This document shows positions 51,784-61,084 of a stretch of DNA of 64,000 nucleotides, piece after piece. Below the pieces are notes generated by a model. It had not been told where the DNA came from and made no database searches. It saw only the letters and a list, made by a program, of their open reading frames with translations. The DNA lies in the NCBI GenBank assembly GCA_037439525.1, contig JBBIVW010000007.1, positions 13,302 through 77,301 of the forward strand. The letters are read 5' to 3'. This DNA comes from Anaerolineae bacterium. Lineage in GTDB: Bacteria > Chloroflexota > Anaerolineae > Anaerolineales > UBA4823. The position numbers and the translations under genes were made by a program. How positions within the stretch are numbered: position 1 is the first letter of the stretch; every line of letters starts with the position of its first letter.

Positions 51784-53001
51784 TTACCTTGCTTCTTCAG
51801 GCAGGCATAGGATGGCGATGGGCTTACCCCGCAGGTGCGTGAGGAACAGCACTCGAGATACTCCCTCTGCAGGCGGGGTCTTTAGCCGTAGCATGTGGAT
51901 TACCTCCTCAGGTTGGAGCGGAGAACCGCGCTTCTTTACCACCACTCGGGAAACGCCGCGCGCGCGTAACGCAGCGCGTAACCTTTTGATATTGAATGGC
52001 ATCCAGGCTTCCACTGCCCAAGCGCGAGCGAGAGGGGTGTGGACGAGGTGCGGCGCGGTGAGATAAGCGATATCCGCGTCGAGTTGTGCCGCGCCGATGG
52101 ATGCTCCAAAAGCTCGCACAAGGCCAGCGCGCAGTATGGAAGCATCTGGTTCATATAGATACGCCAAAGGCTCACACAGAGGCAGGCTATGGCGTGGAGT
52201 TCCATCTGCCTGGAAATCGGGAGCACCGCTGAAGCTGTGCTCGCCGGGGAGCACTGTAGCGCGTCGGTCGGTTGTCTTGAAGTCCCCAAACCAGAGCACG
52301 CACTCTTTTAAATCTCCATGTAAAGAGATGAACTCCACTTCGGCGTTGTAGCCCTCGATCTCTTCGAGTTTTACACCTGGTGAGAGCTTTACTCCAAGGG
52401 CGGAGAACACATGGCTCCATGCGTTGATGGCTGTGATGCCTGGCTGGTATTGCCGCAAGTGGTGCACGCGCTGTCCCTGGCTGCGCCGTGAGGGGTCGCA
52501 CCACGCTGCTGTTTTTCTTATTGGAAGCAAGGGGAGCGCTTGAGAAAGGTCTGCACGCAGGAAATCGACCGGATGCGCCCCTCCGATAGCTTGATAGTTC
52601 GCCTGAGCGATGAGCAGGCGCAATTCGTCTATCTCGACGCCCAAGGTGTCCACCTGGGTGGACAGAGCCAGCGTATCCCCGCCAATTGAGCAGCCCAAAT
52701 CCAGCGCCATGTTGAACGAGGCAAAGCGCTTTGCGCGGTAAACGGCAATGGCAAAGTTTGAAGCTTGTTCCAGCGCTTCCCGAATGAAGTACATGCGTTC
52801 AGCAAAAGGGAACTTCACCGTGGCTTTGCGCCTGAGAAGCGCGGTTTCCAACGCCGCGCGAGCCACCTCGGGGGGAAAATGCCTGCACATTGCATCGAAC
52901 AGGCTCAGGAATTGAGATTCATCCCACGGCTGCGCCTCGGCCAGTTGTAGCGCTTCCTGCCCTGGTGGTGATAGCAACGCGCGAAAGCCGGGGAGATCCA
53001 T
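51784..53001 (-). CDS. Class I SAM-dependent methyltransferase with THUMP-like C-terminal domain
   Basis: ALEQAS, DLGCSIGGD, DPSRR, KLSPG, LYEPD..ILRAG. Confidence 0.85.
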   Translation of the reverse strand: MDLPGFRALLSPPGQEALQLAEAQPWDESQFLSLFDAMCRHFPPEVARAALETALLRRKATVKFPFAERMYFIREALEQASNFAIAVYRAKRFASFNMALDLGCSIGGDTLALSTQVDTLGVEIDELRLLIAQANYQAIGGAHPVDFLRADLSQALPLLPIRKTAAWCDPSRRSQGQRVHHLRQYQPGITAINAWSHVFSALGVKLSPGVKLEEIEGYNAEVEFISLHGDLKECVLWFGDFKTTDRRATVLPGEHSFSGAPDFQADGTPRHSLPLCEPLAYLYEPDASILRAGLVRAFGASIGAAQLDADIAYLTAPHLVHTPLARAWAVEAWMPFNIKRLRAALRARGVSRVVVKKRGSPLQPEEVIHMLRLKTPPAEGVSRVLFLTHLRGKPIAILCLPEEAR

Positions 53002-53133
53002 GAATGCGCTTTAGAACGCTGAATAGGCGTTGATCCTGGTTTATTATGTTCTTACGGCGCCGACGACTGCCTCAACGACGTTGGCGCATATCTTGAACGA
53101 AGATGGGTATATGCAATAAATGTCCATCGATCT

Positions 53134-53916
53134 TCAGTGAGCAGGCTTACGCGCGGTGATGTTGGCCGAGAAAACCCCTCTCGGCGATGCCATGTGTATG
53201 GAAGATCCTGCCGTGTCGTCTTTGGGTTCAACGGTGACTTGCGTGAAGCCGGCTTCGACCAGCCCTGAGATATATTCGGACACTTCCAGTGCTCCAGCTA
53301 GGCAACTTCCCCAGGCGTGCATGTCGTTGCGAAGTTCCTCAGGCAACGCGCCATTGGTCACCATGTCCGCAATCGAGAGGCGCCCTCCTGGCTTGAGCGC
53401 ACGCCAGATTTCGCGAAAGACGCGCGGTTTATCTGGAGAAAGGTTGATCACGCAATTGGAAATGACCACATCGATGCTCTCATCGTCGATGGGCAGGTCT
53501 TCCAGGTATCCCTGCCGGAATTCTACGTTGGATAAACCCAGGCGAGCAGCATGGGTACGGGCGAGCGCGATCATCTCTGCGGTCATATCTACGCCAATGA
53601 CGCGACCTTGTCCACCTACCTTCTCGGCTGCCAGGAAGCAATCCAAGCCGCCGCCCGAACCCAGGTCCAACACCACCTCGCCGGGCTGCAAGCCTGCCTG
53701 ACTGATAGGGTCGCCGCATCCCAGACTGAAGGCATTCGCCTCGTTGGGCAGCGTGGCGAGCAGCTCGTCGGGGTAGAAGAGGCTTTGCGGGGTGCAGCAA
53801 TGGGATTGCCCCGGCTCATCTGTGGATACGGGTGCGCAGCAGGGTGCGGAGCTGCGGGCGCACTCGGTGTAATATTTTTGCACATGCTTACGAATTTCAT
53901 CTTTGTTGTCGGACAT
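53134..53916 (-). CDS. arsM: Arsenite methyltransferase
   Basis: SLGCGDP, LDLGSGGGLDC, ISNCVINL, WGSCLAGA; directly downstream of arsR. Confidence 0.92.
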   Translation of the reverse strand: MSDNKDEIRKHVQKYYTECARSSAPCCAPVSTDEPGQSHCCTPQSLFYPDELLATLPNEANAFSLGCGDPISQAGLQPGEVVLDLGSGGGLDCFLAAEKVGGQGRVIGVDMTAEMIALARTHAARLGLSNVEFRQGYLEDLPIDDESIDVVISNCVINLSPDKPRVFREIWRALKPGGRLSIADMVTNGALPEELRNDMHAWGSCLAGALEVSEYISGLVEAGFTQVTVEPKDDTAGSSIHMASPRGVFSANITARKPAH

Positions 53917-53961
53917 CGTTGAGTTCTCCTGTGGTGAAAAAAGTTTGATCTCCGATGAGCA

Positions 53962-54282
53962 TTACGCTTCTGTTGAAGGCTTGTCGGAGTGGTTCTGTTG
54001 AGGAGCAAACCGCGCCATCAGCATTCCGCAGCAGGAAGCAATTTTCTCCTGATTGAGGCGGTAGAAGGTGTGTTTCCCGTGGGCGCGTATTTCTACCAAG
54101 CCTGCCTCTCGCAAGATGGCAAGATGGTGCGAAACCGTTGGTTGGGTGACTTGCAAGTGACTCACGATTTCATTCACCGACAGCCACTGGCAACAGCAGA
54201 GTTGCATGATCTGCTGGCGGGTTTCGTCTGCCAGAGCTTTGGCGAAACTAAGCGCATCCGTCGCTTTGTCTTGGGCAACCAT
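53962..54282 (-). CDS. arsR: ArsR/SmtB family transcriptional repressor
   Basis: KALADETR, QPTVSHHLAILREAGLV, Cys clusters CCC and CC. Confidence 0.9.
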   Translation of the reverse strand: MVAQDKATDALSFAKALADETRQQIMQLCCCQWLSVNEIVSHLQVTQPTVSHHLAILREAGLVEIRAHGKHTFYRLNQEKIASCCGMLMARFAPQQNHSDKPSTEA

Positions 54283-54290
54283 TGCCAAGT

Positions 54291-54318
54291 ATTATATCGA
54301 TATTTGTCTATATGTCAA
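54291..54318 (-). promoter_or_regulatory. Consensus sigma70 promoter of arsR-arsM with overlapping imperfect palindrome (ArsR operator)
   Basis: TTGACA-16 bp-TATAAT; ATATAGA-N6-TCGATAT dyad within it. Confidence 0.8.
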
Positions 54319-54573
54319 GGTCACCCGCTAGCATTTTAGGGTTTTTCAAAGATTTTAATGAAAGCCTGTTCGATGTACCGCCAGGCTTAGCCTGGCAAGG
54401 ACCAACCAAAGATCGGCGGTATGATTTCCGCCATCGGAAAGTCACAGAACAACGGTGATGTGCGCGAAAGATTAGACTTTTAAAAAGCCCTGCTAGCGTG
54501 TATGGCGTGGAAGAGCAGCGTCATGCCGGGTTTTCTCTTTTCGACGCGTGCAATGCGTCAAAAATCAAATGAC

Positions 54574-55593
54574 CTACGCTGTCATTTCTTCTTCACTTAC
54601 TTCGCTCGAAACCCGAGCTTTTTCGTCTTCCACGCGCTTTTTCACCCGCCAATAGGCTATTCCCAGTGATAGCAGGAAAATAGGGTTGCTGAAGTACATT
54701 ACAGGATATTGCCCTTGGGTAAATAGTGGGACGAATATCAAAAAGAAACTCAATCCCCCGGCAATCAGTGCCATGCGGTGGCGGTCGTCCCACGCGGCGC
54801 CGTTGCCATTCCAGCGCAGCACCAGGAAAAGCACGCCCAGGTCAAAGACGGTCAAAATCAGCATAGCTACGGGAAAAGGATATGCTCCGTTGTCTGCGCC
54901 GATGGAGATCAGGAAGAATTGTAGAAACATGCCCACTATGCCAATGAAGAAGAAACGCCAAGGAGAAGGCGCCTGCCTTTGTCGGGGTGGCAGGATTTGC
55001 GCCGGTATAAGGCGCGCCAGGCCAGCGAAGAAGAAAATGGCTAACCAGGCGAGCAACACCCAACCATCCGGGGCATCATAAGGGGTGAGCACTCTACCAA
55101 TGAATAGAACAGATGAAAAGCCGGCCCAATTGGCGATCCATCCTTTGCGGCTTTTGATCCAGGGTTCCGCGCGTAGAGATGCGTACAGCATCTCTACGAA
55201 GGTGATGCTGGCAGCAATGCTGATCAAGGCATGGTAGACGGTCAAATGTTGACTCCATACCCAATTCACACCGGCGACGCGTCCGTAAATTGCCAGGCTG
55301 CCTAAATCGATCCAGTTGGGGTCAAAGAAGGAACGCACGACCAACCCTTCTTCGTAAACGCCATAGGCAAAGCCAAGCAGCAACAGGCTGGCCCATCCTT
55401 TTTTCCAACGCAGGACGAGCTCGCGTACCAGGATGGCGCCGCAGCCATACAAAAGGGAAAGAACAATCAAGGAGAAGGGGTTGAGATATTCGTTGAGCGG
55501 AGTGGAGCCTGAGAATAACTCGCCGAAAATCGGGGCGATCAGAAAAAGAGCCAGGGCTGGGGGAAATTTGCGCTTCAAGGACGATTTCACCAA
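54574..55593 (-). CDS. Hypothetical multi-pass membrane protein
   Basis: About 9 TM segments; motifs LYGCGAILVRE, YGVYEEGL. Confidence 0.75.
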   Translation of the reverse strand: MVKSSLKRKFPPALALFLIAPIFGELFSGSTPLNEYLNPFSLIVLSLLYGCGAILVRELVLRWKKGWASLLLLGFAYGVYEEGLVVRSFFDPNWIDLGSLAIYGRVAGVNWVWSQHLTVYHALISIAASITFVEMLYASLRAEPWIKSRKGWIANWAGFSSVLFIGRVLTPYDAPDGWVLLAWLAIFFFAGLARLIPAQILPPRQRQAPSPWRFFFIGIVGMFLQFFLISIGADNGAYPFPVAMLILTVFDLGVLFLVLRWNGNGAAWDDRHRMALIAGGLSFFLIFVPLFTQGQYPVMYFSNPIFLLSLGIAYWRVKKRVEDEKARVSSEVSEEEMTA

Positions 55594-55750
55594 ATTTTAT
55601 TGATAGGTGCTGTTTTCAGAGGGGCAAAAACGAACCGCCTCTCATCTGTGTGTGGGAAAGGACGCTGTCCGCTTTTGCCCCGCGGGTTGGATCATTTCAC
55701 CAAGCGACCTGAGGTTTTGTGTTTTGTCAGGGCGCTTGGAGGCTGATCAA

Positions 55751-56500
55751 TCACTCTACGCTGAATTCGTATGTCTGATAGAGCGCTCCATTGATATAGA
55801 GTTCCACGCGATAATCGCCGGTCGGCCAGGGTTGATTGTTTGACAGGTTGAAGGTGTAGACATCGTCTCCACCGGTGATCTCGGCTTCATCGATAACGTA
55901 ATTCGGTTCGATGCCCTCCACGGAGGTTGCTATCCAGCGCGCCATAAAGCTGGTTCCTGCGGGAGCGCCGCTCGTTTCGATGATGAAATAAAAGATATCC
56001 GTGGTGCTGAATGTCGTCGTGGGCTGCGTTCCTTCAGCATCGCGTGCCAGAGAAGCGCGCGTGATCTGGATGCCGCCCGATTGAGTGGATACAGAGCCCT
56101 CAACTTCGAATTCTAGCGTAGTATCCAGTTCATCGTTGAGATAAATATCCACTTTGTATTTGCCTACCGGCCATAACATGGAGTTGCTCAGGTTGAAGTG
56201 AAACTTGCCGCTGCTGGAAGTGATTTCATGTTCTCCTAGAGCAGTGTTCGGTTCAGCTCCTTCGACGTCGACCGCGGTGAAGACCGCTTTGACTTTGGTG
56301 TCATCAGGGGCGTTGGCTACATCTACAATGACATAGAATGTTTCATCCTGGGCGAAGGTAGTCGTGGGTTGCTCTCCTTCCTCGTCGTGTGCCATCCAGG
56401 CCTCTTTAATATTGGCAGTGCTAACGTTGAAGCCGCAAGCCAGCGTGGCTACCACCAGGGCCAGAAGAGCGAGCAGGGGAACCAGCTTTTTTTGTGACAT
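55751..56500 (-). CDS. Lipoprotein with two tandem Ig-like domains
   Basis: Lipobox TLAC; two ~100-aa repeats (QPTTTF...FNLSN...WP.G.Y.V..Y.N...EF.VE). Confidence 0.8.
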   Translation of the reverse strand: MSQKKLVPLLALLALVVATLACGFNVSTANIKEAWMAHDEEGEQPTTTFAQDETFYVIVDVANAPDDTKVKAVFTAVDVEGAEPNTALGEHEITSSSGKFHFNLSNSMLWPVGKYKVDIYLNDELDTTLEFEVEGSVSTQSGGIQITRASLARDAEGTQPTTTFSTTDIFYFIIETSGAPAGTSFMARWIATSVEGIEPNYVIDEAEITGGDDVYTFNLSNNQPWPTGDYRVELYINGALYQTYEFSVE

Positions 56501-56729
56501 GTTTTTTTCTCCTTTGGCGGATAATTAGATTGTTCAAGGGGGGGATGGAGTATAAAAAATAAAAAACTAACCCATTCCAACTTGAATACGCCAAATTTTA
56601 CTATAAAGTTATCAATATATGCAACTTCCTCAAGAAAAACGAAATGCCCGCTTTCGAATCATTCAGACCCCGCCTCTTTTTGAATCCGATCCTGGGGTTA
56701 TTGTAAACCCGCTTCGAAATGTATCCAAT

Positions 56730-58040
56730 CTATCCGGTAGTTGTTCTGCTTTGGATCATGACGCGCGCCGCGCGCCTGCCAATCTCGACGGCGAAATTCG
56801 TGCCTCGATCCCATGGATAAATCTGGCTCATGCTGGCAAGATACAGGTTGGGTATTGGCGTGCGGATGTCGGGTAGGTTATGTGAGTGGTTCACCAGGGG
56901 GACGGGCTGAGCGTATGGTGTGCGATGTACCCAGGTATTGAGCATCCAATCGGTGGTGAAGCGTGGATTGATCCGTTTTAACGCTGGAATGAAGCTTTCG
57001 ACCAGTTCTGCGTTACTGAGCTGAAAATAAGGGTGTTCGCGCTCCAAGTAATCGCCCGCATAGACAATATGCTCTCCTCCGAAGTGGTCTGGGGAGATGA
57101 AATTGGTGTGCTCCACCAACGCCAGAAATGGAAAGCCGGCTGCTTTTGGCAAGTTGAACCAGTAATAGCCTTCTTCGGAAAGGCGCTGCCGCAGCGAAAA
57201 GATGACCACCACTGCGCCCAGGCTTTGGAGCTCCAACAGACCGCGCAAGTAGCTTTGCGGGAGTTGCGCAGCCATGCGAGCGAAGAGGGCGGGTGAGGTG
57301 GTGACCAGTACCTGATCGAATATAAACGCTCCATTGGAAGTGCTCACCCTCAGCTTTCCGTCCGATAGTACAGTGATACTTTCCACTAGAGTGTTAAGAT
57401 GGATGTGCACACCTTGCCGAGATAGATGGTCTGCGAACATCTCGGCGAAGGTTTGAAAACCGCCCCGGAATGTACCCAGCCGTGAGGTGCGCGCTTTTAA
57501 GCGCGCCCAGAACCAAGCCATGTTCACCTGTTCGGCGTAACGCTCGCCGAATTTTCCGGTCATGAGGGGTTGCCACATCAGCTCGTAGACGCGCCTCCCT
57601 GCCCATTTGCGCATCCAGGCGGCTACCGTGTGTTGTTCCAGAGGGCGCCAGTTGTTCGTCATTCGTAGGAAAAGACCCACCAGACCGAAGCGCAGCTTAT
57701 CGACACCCCATCCCAAGCCAGGGAAGCGGATTGCCGCGGCGATCGAGTCGAAGGGGTAGAACCTGCCCTGGTGGTACATCACGGTGACCGGTCGCGGAAA
57801 GAGCACATGCTCTTGCCAGCCCAACTCGTCAATCAGTTTGAGTATGTGACGGTCGCTGGCAAACCAGTGGTGGTAATAATTCTCAACATACCATTCCCAA
57901 TGAGGTTGTTTGAAGCCTGCAGCCAACCCTCCGACGGTAGCGCTGGCTTCAAAAATCGTCACCGAGTGTCCGGCTGCGACCAGGTCATATGCTGCCGATA
58001 AGCCCGTAAAACCCGCCCCGACGATGCCAATGTTTCTCAA
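56730..58040 (-). CDS. NAD(P)/FAD-dependent oxidoreductase (amine oxidase/HemY-like superfamily)
   Basis: GAGFTG, GGLA, YYHHWF, YAQP, IYPWDRGTN; TTG start overlapping the upstream TGA (alternative start 58076). Confidence 0.85.
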   Translation of the reverse strand: MRNIGIVGAGFTGLSAAYDLVAAGHSVTIFEASATVGGLAAGFKQPHWEWYVENYYHHWFASDRHILKLIDELGWQEHVLFPRPVTVMYHQGRFYPFDSIAAAIRFPGLGWGVDKLRFGLVGLFLRMTNNWRPLEQHTVAAWMRKWAGRRVYELMWQPLMTGKFGERYAEQVNMAWFWARLKARTSRLGTFRGGFQTFAEMFADHLSRQGVHIHLNTLVESITVLSDGKLRVSTSNGAFIFDQVLVTTSPALFARMAAQLPQSYLRGLLELQSLGAVVVIFSLRQRLSEEGYYWFNLPKAAGFPFLALVEHTNFISPDHFGGEHIVYAGDYLEREHPYFQLSNAELVESFIPALKRINPRFTTDWMLNTWVHRTPYAQPVPLVNHSHNLPDIRTPIPNLYLASMSQIYPWDRGTNFAVEIGRRAARVMIQSRTTTG

Positions 58041-59044
58041 GCGCCCTGCCTGACCTTCCCCAGTTCTTCGCTCCATTGTATCCCTTCCCGTAGAATGAAG
58101 AAGAAACCCAGCAGGGTGATCGGCACCCACAAAGCCACATGTAGCACCAAAGTGTATGCCGCTGCCACGGCTTTACTCACACCATAAGCTTCTAATACAG
58201 CGATGCCCGGGGCGTCGAATGTACCCACATACCCTGGCGCGGAGGGAATGGTCGTCGCCAGGTTGACAATGCCATTCATCAACATCAAGGCAAAATAGCT
58301 CACTTCGAAGGGAAACGCATGCATGACGAACCAATACTTGCCTGTTTCCAGCAGCCAAATCACCACAGAGGTGAGGAAGACCATCCACGCGTCGGCGGGC
58401 GAGCGTAGCGCTTCAAGTCCATCCAGAAAGCGCTCAGCTAACCCACTCAATCGTTCGGCATAGCGCGCGGGTAGGAGCCGATGAATGAGTGTGACGCTGA
58501 GGGCTTTAGCGCGCTGAGGGAACATGGCAGCCACCAAAAAGGCGCCCAGCGCACCCAGAAAAGCAACGCTTCCTACCAATGCCAGCGTGCGGATGTCGCC
58601 GATGAAGCCCGAATCGGCTGTGAGGCGCGTCAGTTCTGGCAGATTGAGGAAGACGAATGCCAGCATTACCACGCCGTCGAAAATGCGCTCTACGATGATA
58701 GTTGCCAGCGAAGCGGAAATGGCTACCCCCTCGCGCTTTTTCAGCACCACCGCGCGCAGCACTTCTCCAGCACGCGCCGGCAGGACGTTGTTGCCAAAAT
58801 AACCCATGGCCACCACTGGGAACATCGCCTTGGTTGAGATGGCTTTCACCGGACGCAGCAAGTAATGCCAGCGCCAGGCGCGCGCCCAAACGCCAATAAA
58901 GTACACCGCTACGCCGGGCAGCAACCAAATATAATGCGCATCCCAAAATGCAGCGCTCAATTCCTCCAATCCAAGACCCTGAAGTGCCCAAAAGAGCAAT
59001 GCCAGGCTGATCGCCACGCCTAACCAGAATTGCCACCGTTTCAT
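58037..59044 (-). CDS. Lysylphosphatidylglycerol synthase TM / flippase-like protein (UPF0104)
   Basis: RAWRW, NNVLPARAGEVLR, ERIFD, PSAPGYVG. Confidence 0.9.
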   Translation of the reverse strand: MKRWQFWLGVAISLALLFWALQGLGLEELSAAFWDAHYIWLLPGVAVYFIGVWARAWRWHYLLRPVKAISTKAMFPVVAMGYFGNNVLPARAGEVLRAVVLKKREGVAISASLATIIVERIFDGVVMLAFVFLNLPELTRLTADSGFIGDIRTLALVGSVAFLGALGAFLVAAMFPQRAKALSVTLIHRLLPARYAERLSGLAERFLDGLEALRSPADAWMVFLTSVVIWLLETGKYWFVMHAFPFEVSYFALMLMNGIVNLATTIPSAPGYVGTFDAPGIAVLEAYGVSKAVAAAYTLVLHVALWVPITLLGFFFILREGIQWSEELGKVRQGA

Positions 59045-59098
59045 GGCGTCCATTCTACCATCGCCTGCCTGCGCGCTCCACGGTTTATAATTTCTTAT

Positions 59099-60565
59099 AT
59101 GCTCAAGTTGTGGCAAAAGGGAATCCTCATCTCGCTTGCGTTGGCGATCCTGGGAAGCCTCGTATATTGGCGAGGGACGCCACGCCTATTGGAAGTGTAT
59201 CCGCCGCAGGGCGCGGTCATCTCGGCAACCCAGGTTCAATTGCGCTTACGCTTCTCACGGCGCATGGACCTAGAATCGGTACAAACGCACCTATCGATTG
59301 CCCCACCTGCTGAAGGAACCTTCACTTGGCAAGAGAACACGCTGATCTTCACCCCTCAAACTCCCTGGCTGCCAGGGACACGCCTGGTGGTCAGCCTCTC
59401 CGCCGGGGCGCGTGCCAGCGGCTTGTTCTCCTTCCCCATGCTTGAAGAGAAGACCTGGTCATTTAGCATCCGCCAGCCTCTACTGGCTTATCTTTATCCA
59501 TCGAGTGGACCGGCCAACATCTATGTGATCGACCCGCAAACCCGTGAGGCATTTCAGTTGACCTTTCATGCCGGTGGTGTGCTCGACTATCACGTCCGCC
59601 CCGATGGTCAAGAGTTGTACTACAGCTTGCACGGCAGCCCTTCGGGTAGTGAGATCTATCGTCTGCCTTTGGATTTCTTGAACCGCCTGTTTGCACCAGG
59701 CGCGGAGAACCATGCCCAAGAGGAAATCCCTGCCCCTGAGTTAGTTTTGCGTTGTCAAGAGGCGATCTGCCGTGCGGTTGCAGTTTCACCTGATGGAAGA
59801 TTCCTGGCATTTGAGCGCGTTGCATACCTTTCTGAGCAGGCAGAAAACTACCCGCGAGTTTGGTATGTAGCGTTAAACGCCCTATCGGATGCGCAGGAGG
59901 CCCCTGTCGTTTTAGAAGACGAAGCTGCTCAGCCGGTAGATGATCTGGGGCATCAATCCATCTTACCTTCTTGGTCGCCGCAAGGTTGGCTGACCTATTA
60001 TGATACACAAGAAGCAGCGTTCATCGTCTTTGACCCGCGAAACAACCGTCGTTGGCGTTTTCCCAATCAAACTGGGCAGCCAGGGAGTTGGCACCCTCAG
60101 GGTGAGGTATATGTCGCCGCAGAGATCCTTTTTTTGGGGCCTGAGACAACCTCAGTAGAAGGTTTGGAAACCTTTGCCAGCAGTCACTTGATGGCTTATT
60201 CGGTGCGTAGCGCTGAGGTGGGTGACCTTTCAAAAGATGAACACCTTGAAGACGCTGCTCCTTCCTTCTCCCCGGATGGGCGCTACCTGGCGTTTGCCCG
60301 TAAATACCTGGATCTTCAGCGCTGGACGCCTGGACGGCAGCTATGGTTAATGGATTACCTCACCCAGCAAGCTACTCCCCTCACCGACGCACCCCTCTAC
60401 AACCATTTCGACATCGTGTGGAGCCCAACTGGAGAACGATTGGCATTTGTGCGCTTCAATAAAGCTTCGCTCACCGAACCTCCACAGTTGTGGGTGATGC
60501 ACCCTTTCGAAACCTGGATGATACGTCTTGTTTTAGGAGGATATTTTCCTCAATGGATTCCATAA
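59099..60565 (+). CDS. Membrane-anchored protein with Ig-like domain and TolB/PD40-like beta-propeller
   Basis: N-terminal TM, 'LRFSRRMD...LIFTP', repeated SPDG/WSP motifs. Confidence 0.8.
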   Translation: MLKLWQKGILISLALAILGSLVYWRGTPRLLEVYPPQGAVISATQVQLRLRFSRRMDLESVQTHLSIAPPAEGTFTWQENTLIFTPQTPWLPGTRLVVSLSAGARASGLFSFPMLEEKTWSFSIRQPLLAYLYPSSGPANIYVIDPQTREAFQLTFHAGGVLDYHVRPDGQELYYSLHGSPSGSEIYRLPLDFLNRLFAPGAENHAQEEIPAPELVLRCQEAICRAVAVSPDGRFLAFERVAYLSEQAENYPRVWYVALNALSDAQEAPVVLEDEAAQPVDDLGHQSILPSWSPQGWLTYYDTQEAAFIVFDPRNNRRWRFPNQTGQPGSWHPQGEVYVAAEILFLGPETTSVEGLETFASSHLMAYSVRSAEVGDLSKDEHLEDAAPSFSPDGRYLAFARKYLDLQRWTPGRQLWLMDYLTQQATPLTDAPLYNHFDIVWSPTGERLAFVRFNKASLTEPPQLWVMHPFETWMIRLVLGGYFPQWIP

Positions 60566-61071
60566 TCGCGCTCAATCAACCTGCGCCCGAATTTAGCCTC
60601 TTCTCACTGGAAGGAAAGCTTTATACATTATCTGAGCATTCAGGGAGGCTGCTCGTGCTCAACTTTTGGTCGGCAGAATGCCCTTGGGCGGCGCGCGCGG
60701 ATGAGCTGGTAGTTTCCTGGATGCGGCAATGGCAACCACGAGTTGCCATGTGGGCAATCGCCGTAAATGCCAACGAGACCATTGAGCAAATGCGTGCTGC
60801 AGCGCAGGCGCGCGCCTTACAGACGGTTCTTTTAGATGAACACCAGCGGGTTGCCGATTTGTACGCCGTTCAGACGACGCCGCATTTCTTTCTACTGGAT
60901 GAACGGCGCATTCTGCGCTATCAGGGAGCTTTGGACGATGTTACCTTTCGGCAAAGGTTGCCCACACACCACTACCTGCGCGATGCCGTGGAAGCTCTGC
61001 TAAGCGGTCGCCTGCCTGATCCTTCGGTGACTCCTGCATATGGCTGCGCGATTGTGCGCCACTCCCCTTGA
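60553..61071 (+). CDS. Redoxin (AhpC/TSA thioredoxin-like) protein
   Basis: APEFSL, LNFWSAECPW, TTPHFFL, RYQGALDD, YGCAI. Confidence 0.85.
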   Translation: MDSIIALNQPAPEFSLFSLEGKLYTLSEHSGRLLVLNFWSAECPWAARADELVVSWMRQWQPRVAMWAIAVNANETIEQMRAAAQARALQTVLLDEHQRVADLYAVQTTPHFFLLDERRILRYQGALDDVTFRQRLPTHHYLRDAVEALLSGRLPDPSVTPAYGCAIVRHSP

Positions 61072-61084
61072 GATGCTCACCGGG

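Noticed and set aside
48036-53001. Methyltransferase + PLD + ATPase read as a DISARM/BREX/R-M defence island
   Set aside because: The MTase is a THUMP-associated type without a DNA-MTase NPPY/PC motif, the PLD has a lipoprotein signal, there is no SF2 helicase, and I noticed no compositional shift or mobility genes
56645-56725. Three loose CCCGC-TT-(C)GAA repeats upstream of the Ig-like lipoprotein
   Set aside because: Too short and irregular to call an operator or CRISPR remnant
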